Positions 42,214-50,562 of a stretch of DNA of 64,000 nucleotides are shown here, piece after piece; the stretch's first letter is position 1; each line of letters begins with the position of its first letter. The stretch spans positions 1,727 to 65,726 of the forward strand of contig JAUSLQ010000102.1 in assembly GCA_030645675.1 (NCBI GenBank), written 5' to 3'. This stretch comes from Actinomycetota bacterium. Its GTDB lineage: Bacteria > Actinomycetota > Acidimicrobiia > Acidimicrobiales > Ilumatobacteraceae. Made by a program: the position numbers and the translations under genes. Under the pieces are notes generated by a model, which had not been told where the DNA came from, searched no databases, and saw only the letters and a program-made list of their open reading frames with translations.

Positions 42214-43337
42214 TGATTGCTCCCTCTGCCGGTGGTGGGGAGGCCGTCGCCGGCGTAGAAGCGTCGTCGTGCCCACAGTGAGACGTAGACCAGTCCCACA
42301 AGGACTGGCACTTCGATGAGCGGCCCGACGACGCCGGCGAGGGCTTGCCCGGAGGAGACGCCGAAGACGCCGATCGCGACGGCGATGGCAAGTTCGAAGT
42401 TGTTGCCGGCTGCGGTGAATGCGATGGATGCGTTGCGGTCGTAGGGGATCCGCATCCGCATGCCGGTGAAGAAGCTGCCGAACCACATGATCGCGAAGTA
42501 GACGAGCAGCGGCAGTGCGATGCGGGCGACGTCGAACGGCTGGTTGGTGATCTGATCGCCCTGGAGAGCGAACAGGATGACGATGGTGTACAGCAGCCCG
42601 TAGAGCGCGAACGGGCCGATCTTGGGGAGGAACGTGTGCTCGTACCAGTCGTTGCCCTTGGCGCGTTCGAGGAAGGTGCGGGTGAGGAACCCGGCGAGCA
42701 GTGGGATGCCGAGGAAGATCAGCACCGACTTGGCGATCTCCCAGATGGTGACGTCGATGCCGTCGCTGCTGAGTCCGAGCCAGCCGGGAAGCAGGTCGAG
42801 GTAGAAGTAGCCGAGCAGGGAGTAGGCCACGATCTGGAACAGGGAGTTGATCGCGACGAGTACGGCTGCGAGCTCGCGGTTGCCGCAGGAGAGGTCGTTC
42901 CAGATGAGGACCATCGCGATGCAGCGGGCGAGGCCGACGATGATCAGGCCGGTCCGGTACTCCGGGAGATCGGGCAGCATCAGCCAGGCGAGCGTGAACA
43001 TCACCGCTGGCCCGATGACCCAGTTGAGGAGCAAGGACATCACCAGTGAGCGGCGGTCGGTCATGACGGTGCCGATCGAGCGATAGCGCACCTTGGCCAG
43101 CACCGGGTACATCATCGCGAACAGGCCGATAGCGATCGGCAGCGACACCGTGTCGATCTTCACCTTCTCCAGCTGGTCGTTGAGATCCGGGAATGCTCTG
43201 CCGAGGGCGATGCCGGCAAGCATCGCCAGCCCGATCCACAGCGGGAGCAGCCGATCGAGCGTCGACAGCCGCCCGGTCGGGGCGGCAACACCGGGCTCCT
43301 CGGCAACTGTCGCGTGTTGGTCGCTCATCGTTCCCAC
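42210..43337 (-). CDS. acr3: ACR3-family arsenite efflux permease
   Basis: 375 aa with LSTLDRLLPLWIGLAMLAGIALG ... LPIAIGLFAMMYPVLAKVRY ... CIAMVLIWN, typical of ACR3. GTG at 43337 or ATG at 43328. Confidence 0.9.
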   Translation of the reverse strand: MGTMSDQHATVAEEPGVAAPTGRLSTLDRLLPLWIGLAMLAGIALGRAFPDLNDQLEKVKIDTVSLPIAIGLFAMMYPVLAKVRYRSIGTVMTDRRSLVMSLLLNWVIGPAVMFTLAWLMLPDLPEYRTGLIIVGLARCIAMVLIWNDLSCGNRELAAVLVAINSLFQIVAYSLLGYFYLDLLPGWLGLSSDGIDVTIWEIAKSVLIFLGIPLLAGFLTRTFLERAKGNDWYEHTFLPKIGPFALYGLLYTIVILFALQGDQITNQPFDVARIALPLLVYFAIMWFGSFFTGMRMRIPYDRNASIAFTAAGNNFELAIAVAIGVFGVSSGQALAGVVGPLIEVPVLVGLVYVSLWARRRFYAGDGLPTTGRGSNQ

Positions 43338-43345
43338 ACCCCTGC

Positions 43346-43427
43346 CATCGTTGATCGTCGAACGACGATGAGTCTACCGGCACGGCCTTGCAGACGGAAA
43401 GCTCATCGGTTATCGTCGATGAACGAT
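43346..43427. promoter_or_regulatory. Divergent acr3-arsR / arsA promoter region with two short inverted repeats sharing ATCGTCGA (candidate ArsR operators)
   Basis: catcgttgATCGTCGAacgacgatg at 43346-43370 has inner arms tcgtcg/cgacga. ATCGTCGAtgaacgat at 43412-43427 has arms atcgt/acgat. The region is locally AT-richer. Confidence 0.35.
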
Positions 43428-43451
43428 ACAGGGACATGATCGAGGCGACAC

Positions 43452-45203
43452 ATGGCTGACCGGCGCGAGATCGACTGGCTCGGATGGGGCACCCGGTTCG
43501 TGCTGTTCACCGGGAAGGGCGGTGTCGGCAAGACGACCATCGCCTCGGCGTCCGCCGTGGCACTGGCCGATGCCGGGCGGCGGGTGCTGCTCGTGTCCAC
43601 CGACCCTGCGTCGAACCTCGCCGACGTGTTCCAGATGGTCACCGGCGAGCATCCGCGCCCGATCCCGGAGGTGCCGGGTCTCGACATCATGGACCTCGAC
43701 CCCCATGCGGCTGCCGACGACTACCGATCCAGGGTGATCACCCCGTACCGCGGCGTGCTTCCAGACGCCGAGGTCGCCGCCCTGGAGGAGAAGCTCGCCG
43801 GCGCCTGCACCGTCGAGGTCGCCGCCTTCGACACCTTCGCCCGCCTCCTCGCCGACCCTGGTTCGATCAGCGACTACGACCATGTGGTGTTCGACACCGC
43901 ACCCACCGGGCACACCTTGCGACTGCTCAGCTTGCCTGCGGCCTGGTCGGACTACCTGGGCGACAACCCCGATGCAACGAGCTGCCTGGGCCCATTGGCT
44001 GGGCTGCAGGACGACCGCCCGATCTACGCAGCAGCAGTCGCCACGCTCAAGGACCCGCTCAGCACCACCGTCGCGCTCGTTGCCCGAGCCGATCGGGGCG
44101 CATTGGCCGTCGCCGCCGCGGCAGCTGAGGAGTTGCACCAGCTCGGCATCGATCATCAGATGCTGATCGTCAACGGTGTGCTCACCCACCCGCTCGCCGG
44201 CGACCCTGTCGCGTCCGCGTACTCACACGTGCAGCAGCGAGCACTCGGGACGATCCGCGAGAACCTGGCCTGCCTCCCAACCGCCGTCGTCCCGCTGATC
44301 GCGCTCGATCTGGTCGGTGTCGCGGCACTTCGGCGACTCGCCTCCGGACCGACGGGTGGCGCGACCAGTCGTGATGCTCGGCCCGCACCGGTCGCGGCGC
44401 CCCGCATCACCGCCCTCGTCGACGACCTCGAGCGCGGCGGTCATGGGGTGATCCTCGTCACCGGCAAGGGTGGTGTGGGCAAGACCACCGTCGCGGGCCT
44501 CGTCGCCGTCGAACTCGCCCGGCGCGGTCACCGCGTCCACCTGTCGAGCACCGATCCGGCAGGCCACGCCGCCGCGACGGCTGCGGACCTGCCACACCTC
44601 ACGACCAGCGCGATCGACCCGGAGGCCGAAACCCAGCGATACACCGACGGGCGCATGCACGCCGCCGCCCGCAACGGCCTCGACCAGGCCCACCTCGACC
44701 TGCTCGCCGAGGACCTCCGCTCGCCGTGCTCGCAGGAGGTCGCTGTGTTCCAGGCGTTTCACCGGCTCCTCGGGCGCGGTCGCAACGAGTTCGTGGTGAT
44801 CGACACCGCACCCACCGGCCACACCCTGTTGCTGCTCGATGTCACCGGCGCCTACCACCGTCAAGCAATCGAAGGCGTCGGCCAACAGTTCCGGCACGTC
44901 GTCACCCCGTTGATGCGACTCCGAGACCCCGACTACTCGAAGGTGCTGATCGTCGCGCTCGCCGAGACCACCCCGGTCGCCGAGGCCAAGGACCTGCAGG
45001 ACGAACTCCGTCGAGCCGGCATCGAGCCCTACGGCTGGATCGTCAATGCCACCCTCGTCGACTCGGGCACCGCCGATCCGATCCTCGAGTCGCGAACTGA
45101 GCTCGAACAAGCACAACTGGCACGAGTCGCGACCATTGCCCCGCGCTTGTGGACGCTGCCGTGGAACCCCGAGATCGCATCAGCCGAGCCGACCGTTCCA
45201 TGA
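43452..45203 (+). CDS. arsA: Arsenite-stimulated ATPase ArsA (two-halves architecture)
   Basis: 583 aa with two P-loops, FTGKGGVGKTT and VTGKGGVGKTT. Each is followed by STDPA and DTAPTGHTL(R)LL signal-transduction motifs. Confidence 0.9.
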   Translation: MADRREIDWLGWGTRFVLFTGKGGVGKTTIASASAVALADAGRRVLLVSTDPASNLADVFQMVTGEHPRPIPEVPGLDIMDLDPHAAADDYRSRVITPYRGVLPDAEVAALEEKLAGACTVEVAAFDTFARLLADPGSISDYDHVVFDTAPTGHTLRLLSLPAAWSDYLGDNPDATSCLGPLAGLQDDRPIYAAAVATLKDPLSTTVALVARADRGALAVAAAAAEELHQLGIDHQMLIVNGVLTHPLAGDPVASAYSHVQQRALGTIRENLACLPTAVVPLIALDLVGVAALRRLASGPTGGATSRDARPAPVAAPRITALVDDLERGGHGVILVTGKGGVGKTTVAGLVAVELARRGHRVHLSSTDPAGHAAATAADLPHLTTSAIDPEAETQRYTDGRMHAAARNGLDQAHLDLLAEDLRSPCSQEVAVFQAFHRLLGRGRNEFVVIDTAPTGHTLLLLDVTGAYHRQAIEGVGQQFRHVVTPLMRLRDPDYSKVLIVALAETTPVAEAKDLQDELRRAGIEPYGWIVNATLVDSGTADPILESRTELEQAQLARVATIAPRLWTLPWNPEIASAEPTVP

Positions 45204-46121
45204 GTTCAGAGGCCCTCGACCTCGGCGAGCGACACCGAGACGTTCTCGACGCACGTGCCGGCGCAGCAGGAAGCGGACGGCCAGGACGAACAGGTCGATG
45301 ATCAGCAGGCCCACCAGCACGATCAGCAGCAGCGGACGCTGACGCGTGACGTCGCTCGCTGTCACGGCTGGGCCAGCGCCCGAGGCAGTGACCCGCCACT
45401 CGATCTCGCCGAGCGACGGCCCAGGCACCTCTGCCGACACCACCTGCTTCCAGGTCTGTCCTGCCCCGATCACGCCCGGATCATCCAGCGCCAACGTGGC
45501 CAGCAGGTCGTTGCTGCGCACCGCTGCTCCGGCCAACGACACGTGCGAGTAGGGCGCTGTGGACCGGTTCCTCACCGTCACCGTCACCTCGTAACGAGCA
45601 GGCCCGCCCAGGCTGGTGCGGGCCCGCTCCAGGGCGCCCAACGGCGCCGGCCGGGCAACGATCGACACGACCAGCGGGTCGCTCGTCGCCGGACCATCCG
45701 TCAAGGGTTCCACCGGGTGCCCCACCAGGGTGAAGGGCGCCACCGCGATCTCGTCGTTGAGGCGGCTGGAGACACGGACGACGCATGGGCAGCCCACCGG
45801 GGGCACCTCGATCGGCACTTGCACCACCGTCGGCGTGCCGTCGTCGTCCAGCCGCAGGCCGCGGCCGGCCACCATGTTGCAGTCCGCCGACCCGCGACGC
45901 GCCTCGTTCCCGCACACGGTGATCGTGACCGAAGCGGCTTGGAAGCCGTCGATGGTGAGCACCACCCGCTCGTCGGGCGCCAGCTCGGTGTCGGCCATCG
46001 TCACGGTGGGCCCACTGGTGGTGGGCTGCGCATCGGCACCGGCGGCCGCGCCGAGCACCACGCACGACACGAGCAGCGCGAGCAGCGGAACCCACCTGAG
46101 CGGTGACACCAGCGAGTTCAC
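45180..46121 (-). CDS. Secreted, C-terminally TM-anchored beta-rich protein of unknown function (last gene of the surface cluster)
   Basis: GTG at 46121 overlaps the upstream stop as GTGA. The signal peptide is WVPLLALLVSCVVLGAAAGADA. It has two Cys pairs and a C-terminal anchor LLLIVLVGLLIIDLFVLAVRFLLRRH. It overlaps the arsA 3' end convergently by 24 nt. Confidence 0.55.
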   Translation of the reverse strand: MNSLVSPLRWVPLLALLVSCVVLGAAAGADAQPTTSGPTVTMADTELAPDERVVLTIDGFQAASVTITVCGNEARRGSADCNMVAGRGLRLDDDGTPTVVQVPIEVPPVGCPCVVRVSSRLNDEIAVAPFTLVGHPVEPLTDGPATSDPLVVSIVARPAPLGALERARTSLGGPARYEVTVTVRNRSTAPYSHVSLAGAAVRSNDLLATLALDDPGVIGAGQTWKQVVSAEVPGPSLGEIEWRVTASGAGPAVTASDVTRQRPLLLIVLVGLLIIDLFVLAVRFLLRRHVRRERLGVARRGRGPLNSWNGRLG

Positions 46122-47275
46122 GCGGTCTGCGGTTCGCGTGCGCGTTCGGTGTCGCCGGCCACGCTGGCCTCGATGATCGGCGCATGGCGACCGGCAGGAA
46201 CCACGGGGCCACGGTGCCGCCGGTGTGCCCGGCGGGCGAGCACGAACAGGATCACGAGCAGCAGCAGCAGCAGGACGGCGACCGGCGGAACGAACGTGAG
46301 GTCGTCGGCACTCGCCGCCCCCGTCGCGCCGCCCTCGACGGCAAGGGGCGTCACACTCACGGTGGCCGAACCGAGGAACAGCGCCGGCACGTCGCGCACA
46401 TCGGCAGTGACGGTGATCCCTTCGCCGGGCAGCAGCTCCGGCACGTCGGGCAACGCGATCGTCTGTTCACCGATGCCGAAGGGGCCGCCGATCGTCAGCG
46501 TCGCCGAGCCCCCGAGGCGCACGTTGCCGTGGTTCTCGATGCGGTAGGTCACCCGTGCCGAGCCGCCCATGGGGTTCAGCGCGTGGTCGTAGTCGGTCTC
46601 CACGTCGGCGACAGCCAACTCCGGCGAGATCGGGCCGCTCACCCGCACGTACAGCCGGCTACCGATGCGTCGGTCCAGTGTCACCACCTGGCCCTGGTCG
46701 CCGGTGCCCAGCGTCTCGCTGGAGGCGAGGATGGCTCCGGTGTGGTCGCCGGGGCGAGCGTCGACCGGGATGGTGATCGTGATCGGCATGGTCACCTGCG
46801 TGCCGGCCGGCACGGTGATCAGCTCCTGCGGGAACGCCACCCAGGTGCCGACGTCCACCGGCACCTCGTCGCCCGGCAGCAGATCGAACTGGCCTGCGTC
46901 GTTGTTGAACGCGTCTGTCGCGTACACCCGGAACGTCAGCTGCACGGTGCCGTAGTTGTACAGGGTCACCGCATCCTCCAGCACGGCGCCCGGGTCGGCG
47001 ACGTAGGTGAGGTCGGGCCGGTTGCCGGTTCCGTCGGGGTCGGCGGAACCCGCCGGTGCCAGCGCCCAGCTCTCCACCACTTCGGTCGGCGGTGCCTGGC
47101 CGTCCGGCGCCGTCCCGTCGGGTGCGGGTGGCGCTGGTGCAGGGGGCGTCGTCGCGGTGTTCGCGGGCCCGACCATGGGCGGCCCCGCCGACGCAACGGA
47201 CGCCGGCAGCGCAGACGCGAGGAAGGCCGCCGCCGAGGTGGTGGCCAGGAGGACGAGACGTCGCCAGGTGTTCAT
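46118..47275 (-). CDS. DUF916/DUF3324-like cell-surface protein (WxL-locus partner type), C-terminal TM anchor
   Basis: ATG at 47275 (MNTWRRLVLLATTSAAAFLASALPASVASA). The pattern YVADPGAVLEDAVTLYNYGTVQLTFRVYATDAF...GQFDLL...WVAFPQELITVPAGTQVTMPITITIPVDARPGDHTGAI resembles DUF916. A second beta domain follows, then the anchor VAVLLLLLLVILFVLARRAHRRH. Confidence 0.55.
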   Translation of the reverse strand: MNTWRRLVLLATTSAAAFLASALPASVASAGPPMVGPANTATTPPAPAPPAPDGTAPDGQAPPTEVVESWALAPAGSADPDGTGNRPDLTYVADPGAVLEDAVTLYNYGTVQLTFRVYATDAFNNDAGQFDLLPGDEVPVDVGTWVAFPQELITVPAGTQVTMPITITIPVDARPGDHTGAILASSETLGTGDQGQVVTLDRRIGSRLYVRVSGPISPELAVADVETDYDHALNPMGGSARVTYRIENHGNVRLGGSATLTIGGPFGIGEQTIALPDVPELLPGEGITVTADVRDVPALFLGSATVSVTPLAVEGGATGAASADDLTFVPPVAVLLLLLLVILFVLARRAHRRHRGPVVPAGRHAPIIEASVAGDTERAREPQTA

Positions 47276-47373
47276 GGGTTGCGGTGCAGCTTTCGTGGGG
47301 AAACACCGGGGTGGTGTGGAGCGCAGGAGACGCCCCACACCACCTTCGGCGTGTTGGTTGACAGGAGTGCGGG

Positions 47374-49161
47374 TCAGATGACCGTGAAGGTCAGCGTCCC
47401 TGCATAGGTGCCGGAGCGGGCGCTCACCGGGATCAGCAGCTTCACCCGGGCATCGAACTTGGCGATGCCGAGGCCAGCGCCGCTGGCGGCCGAGGAGAGC
47501 ACCTTCGGCGTGGCGAGGCCGGCAGCCGTGTCGGGCAGCACCGGCGCACCGGCCACCACGGTCTGGTCGTAGCCAGCCGAGGTTGCGTCGGAGTCGTCGG
47601 TCACGACCGGGGTCCAGCCCAGGTAGTTGCCGCTGAACGACGAGCCGCCACCGGCGACGACGAAGTCGCTCATCGTGCCGTTGACGGTCCAGCCGGTGTC
47701 GGTGTCACGGGTGTCCGAGACGGTGACCTGGTTCAGGCGGCCGCTGGCCGTGTAGTACTGACCGGCGAGCGGGCCGCTGGTGACCAGCTGGCTGGTGCCC
47801 AGGTCGAGACCACAGCGGGTCGGGTACGTCGGGCTGGACGGGCTCGGGTAGTTGACGAACTGCGGGTCGGGCAGGCCGGCCGAGTTCAGCGGGGCGGTGC
47901 CCACCTGGTCGGCGGAGGCCAGCTCGGCGGGCAGCGACGCGAAGCCGGGCGAGGCGGGCTCGATCGGCAGCGCACCGTACACACCGCAACGCTGGGTCAG
48001 CACCAGGGCGCCGGCCGGGCGAACCACGGTCACGTCCTGGATGATGTTCTGCGCGGCGAGCGGCACGGCCGAGACCGACGCCGAGGTGCCGACGTACGGG
48101 GCCGGGTGGGTCGGGGTCACGGTGTACGTGTAGTTCGTGCCGGCGGTGAGGCCGGTCACGTCAAACGTCGTCGCGCCGGCGGCTGCCGTGAACGGCGAAC
48201 CGGCCACGACGGGGCTGACGGCGATCGTGTAGCCGGTGGGGGCCACACCCGTGGGCGTCACCCAGTTGAGCGTGACGGCACCAGTGCCGGGCACCGCAGC
48301 CAAGCCCGTCACCGCAGGGCGGGCGCCCGGGTTTGGGGTACCACTGACCACGTTCGACACCGCGCTGCCACCGACCGAGTTGGTCGCGATCAGCGACACG
48401 GCGTACGACGTGCCGTTGACCAGGCCGGTCAGGGTGAACGAGGTGGCGCCGGCCGCGAGGGGCAGGGTCACCGTCGGGCCAGCGGTCGGGACGGCCGTCA
48501 CCGTGTACGACGTGGTGGCGGGCACCGACGTCGAGTGGGTGAACGTGCCGGCCAGCGTCTGATCACCAGCGGTCAGGGTGCCACCGAGGACCGGAGCCGC
48601 AGGGACTGCGCCGTAGGCGTAGTCGATCTGGGCGGGGCCACCCGCAGCGTTGGTCGTGATGGTGATCGGGGCCGTCCAGTAGCTGACGGTCGCGCCGGCG
48701 AGGGTGCAGGCGAAACCGACCGTGTAGGCACCGGCGGGAACGAACCCGGGGGCGAACACGTTCATGGCGACTGCGGGGATGCCGGTGATGAGGCCGGTGG
48801 TGACCGCGGTGTTCTTGTTGATGACCGGGGTACCAGCGGCGAACATCGGCTGGGTGAAGGCAGCGCCGCCCGAAACCGGGCCCGATGCGTTGTAGGTCAG
48901 GGTTGCCGGGTCGACCGACGAGGCAACCATGAACGTCTGCCACTTGTAGCCACCCGACGCCGAGTCACCGGGGCACACGGCACCGGAGGGGGGCAGGAGG
49001 GTGATGCTGGTGGCACTGTTGCCGGTGAGCGGCGACACCGTGGCGGCGCCGTTGGCCGGGGTACCGGGCGGCAGTGCCGCAGCACTGGACGCGAGAAGGG
49101 CGACAGAGGCGATGGCAAGTGTTGCCACCCCTGCTGCGACCTTGGTGATGGTGGTACGCAT
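47374..49161 (-). CDS. Secreted protein: N-terminal unassigned two-Cys domain (paralog A), two fibronectin type III-like repeats, C-terminal WxL-like domain
   Basis: ATG at 49161 (MRTTITKVAAGVATLAIASVALLASSAAA). FN3-like segments are TSYTVTAVP...LTGLVNGTSYAVSLIATN and TGYTIAVSP...VTGLTAGTNYTYTVTP. The C-terminus reads VSDTRDTDTGWTVNGTMSDF...GNYLGWTPVV...GTYAGTLTFTVI, resembling a WxL domain. Confidence 0.65.
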   Translation of the reverse strand: MRTTITKVAAGVATLAIASVALLASSAAALPPGTPANGAATVSPLTGNSATSITLLPPSGAVCPGDSASGGYKWQTFMVASSVDPATLTYNASGPVSGGAAFTQPMFAAGTPVINKNTAVTTGLITGIPAVAMNVFAPGFVPAGAYTVGFACTLAGATVSYWTAPITITTNAAGGPAQIDYAYGAVPAAPVLGGTLTAGDQTLAGTFTHSTSVPATTSYTVTAVPTAGPTVTLPLAAGATSFTLTGLVNGTSYAVSLIATNSVGGSAVSNVVSGTPNPGARPAVTGLAAVPGTGAVTLNWVTPTGVAPTGYTIAVSPVVAGSPFTAAAGATTFDVTGLTAGTNYTYTVTPTHPAPYVGTSASVSAVPLAAQNIIQDVTVVRPAGALVLTQRCGVYGALPIEPASPGFASLPAELASADQVGTAPLNSAGLPDPQFVNYPSPSSPTYPTRCGLDLGTSQLVTSGPLAGQYYTASGRLNQVTVSDTRDTDTGWTVNGTMSDFVVAGGGSSFSGNYLGWTPVVTDDSDATSAGYDQTVVAGAPVLPDTAAGLATPKVLSSAASGAGLGIAKFDARVKLLIPVSARSGTYAGTLTFTVI

Positions 49162-49226
49162 CGAAGCGTGGGTCCTTTCGAGAGTGGGGAATCGAAGTTG
49201 GTGACGGGTGGGTGATCGGTGCGACA

Positions 49227-50414
49227 TCAGAGCTGGCCGCTGATGAGGCTGCCCTTGGTGGCGGTGGAGCCGCAGCTCGGGTGCACCAAGAAGCCGAAGG
49301 CGTTGATCGTGGCGGTCGCCGAGCACAGCGCCGACGTGGGGCCCGAGAACAAGGTCTTCAGGTCGTCGTTGCCGAAGGCGCTGGTGATCACCGAGGTCGG
49401 GAACACGTTGTAGACGTTGCGCCCGAAGACGGAGTCGCCGAAGAAAGCGGCAGCGGGCACCAGGTTCGGGGCAACGCCAGTGACCGGCGAGCCGAGGTTG
49501 ACGCCCGAGCCGTTGTTGCTGATCGAGCCCATCAGTGCGGCTGCGTTGTTGCCGGGGGCGACACCGTTGGCCTTGGACACGAACGAGCCGGCCGAGAAGC
49601 CGATGACGACTTGGTCACCGGAGTGTCCGGGCAGGGCAGCGAGGGCATCGCCACGAGCCTGCAGTTCGTCGCCGTGGTTCTCCTGGGCGCGACCGAGCAG
49701 CGCGTTGCACTCGGTGGTGGCCGTGTTCTCCGCCGAAGCCGAGGCCGTTGTCACCGTGTTCCAGAAGGCGTAGGTGCCCGAGCTGGTCTGGATGCCGCAG
49801 GGCACGATGCGCACGCCGGCGATCACCTGCGGACCGGTCGTGAACAGCGAGGTCAGCTCGGCGCGGGTCAGGCTGGCGACCGGGCTGCCGGCAGCCCGGT
49901 AGTAGGCGAAGCTCATTCCGTCACGGCCGAACGGGATGTAGGTGAGGTCGGTGCCGGTGTCGCCGCTGGCCGGGCCGCTCGACGAACGAGCGAACTCCAC
50001 CAGACCGGAGACGTCCTGCACGCCACCGCAGGCGGCGCTGCCGTACAGCGTGCCGTCGATCGCACGGCTGAGCGCCCGGCGACCGCCAGTGGAGCCGTTC
50101 GGGCGGGCGAACGTCGGCCCCCCGACCTTGGGGGTGATGCAGTTGTCGGACACGCCGGCGGGCGGGGTGGCGTCGAACGAGATCACCTGGCGGGCACCCG
50201 AGGCGGTGCTGCTGTGGATCGGGGTGTAGTAGTCGCCGTTCGTGAAGCCCGTCATCGCGTTCATGACGTCTTGCGTTGTGTCAGAGCCGACGCCCACGGC
50301 AGCGGTCAGCTGCTTCGGGTCGGCCGAGGCGGAGCTGCCGGTGAAGGCGGCTCCCAGGCTGGCGGCGAGGGCGACGGTGAGAGCGAGTCGCTTCGTGGTG
50401 GATGAGTGCAACAT
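49227..50414 (-). CDS. Secreted periplasmic-binding-protein-like (type 2 PBP / PstS-superfamily-like) protein
   Basis: ATG at 50414 (MLHSSTTKRLALTVALAASLGAAFTGSSASA). GVGSDTTQDVMNAM and later FGRDGMSFAYY and VVIGFSAGSF resemble PBP_like_2 proteins. The assignment is tentative. Confidence 0.5.
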   Translation of the reverse strand: MLHSSTTKRLALTVALAASLGAAFTGSSASADPKQLTAAVGVGSDTTQDVMNAMTGFTNGDYYTPIHSSTASGARQVISFDATPPAGVSDNCITPKVGGPTFARPNGSTGGRRALSRAIDGTLYGSAACGGVQDVSGLVEFARSSSGPASGDTGTDLTYIPFGRDGMSFAYYRAAGSPVASLTRAELTSLFTTGPQVIAGVRIVPCGIQTSSGTYAFWNTVTTASASAENTATTECNALLGRAQENHGDELQARGDALAALPGHSGDQVVIGFSAGSFVSKANGVAPGNNAAALMGSISNNGSGVNLGSPVTGVAPNLVPAAAFFGDSVFGRNVYNVFPTSVITSAFGNDDLKTLFSGPTSALCSATATINAFGFLVHPSCGSTATKGSLISGQL

Positions 50415-50562
50415 GGTGGTGGGTGCGGTCCCTTCAGGTGACGGTGTGCCCGGTCTCCAGACCGGACGACGGTGATGGTGACAGCCCAACCTGACGGCCA
50501 CTTGGCCTCCAGATGAACGCTCGACGCCCGGATCGAGGGTTCATGTGGCGGACACCGTGCGG

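Noticed and set aside
42214-43437. Track ORF 41863..43437 (524 aa), implying a large ArsR fusion protein.
   Set aside because: Only the last 116 aa are ArsR-like. The upstream part is a shadow frame over acr3, which has unmistakable ACR3 motifs in another frame.
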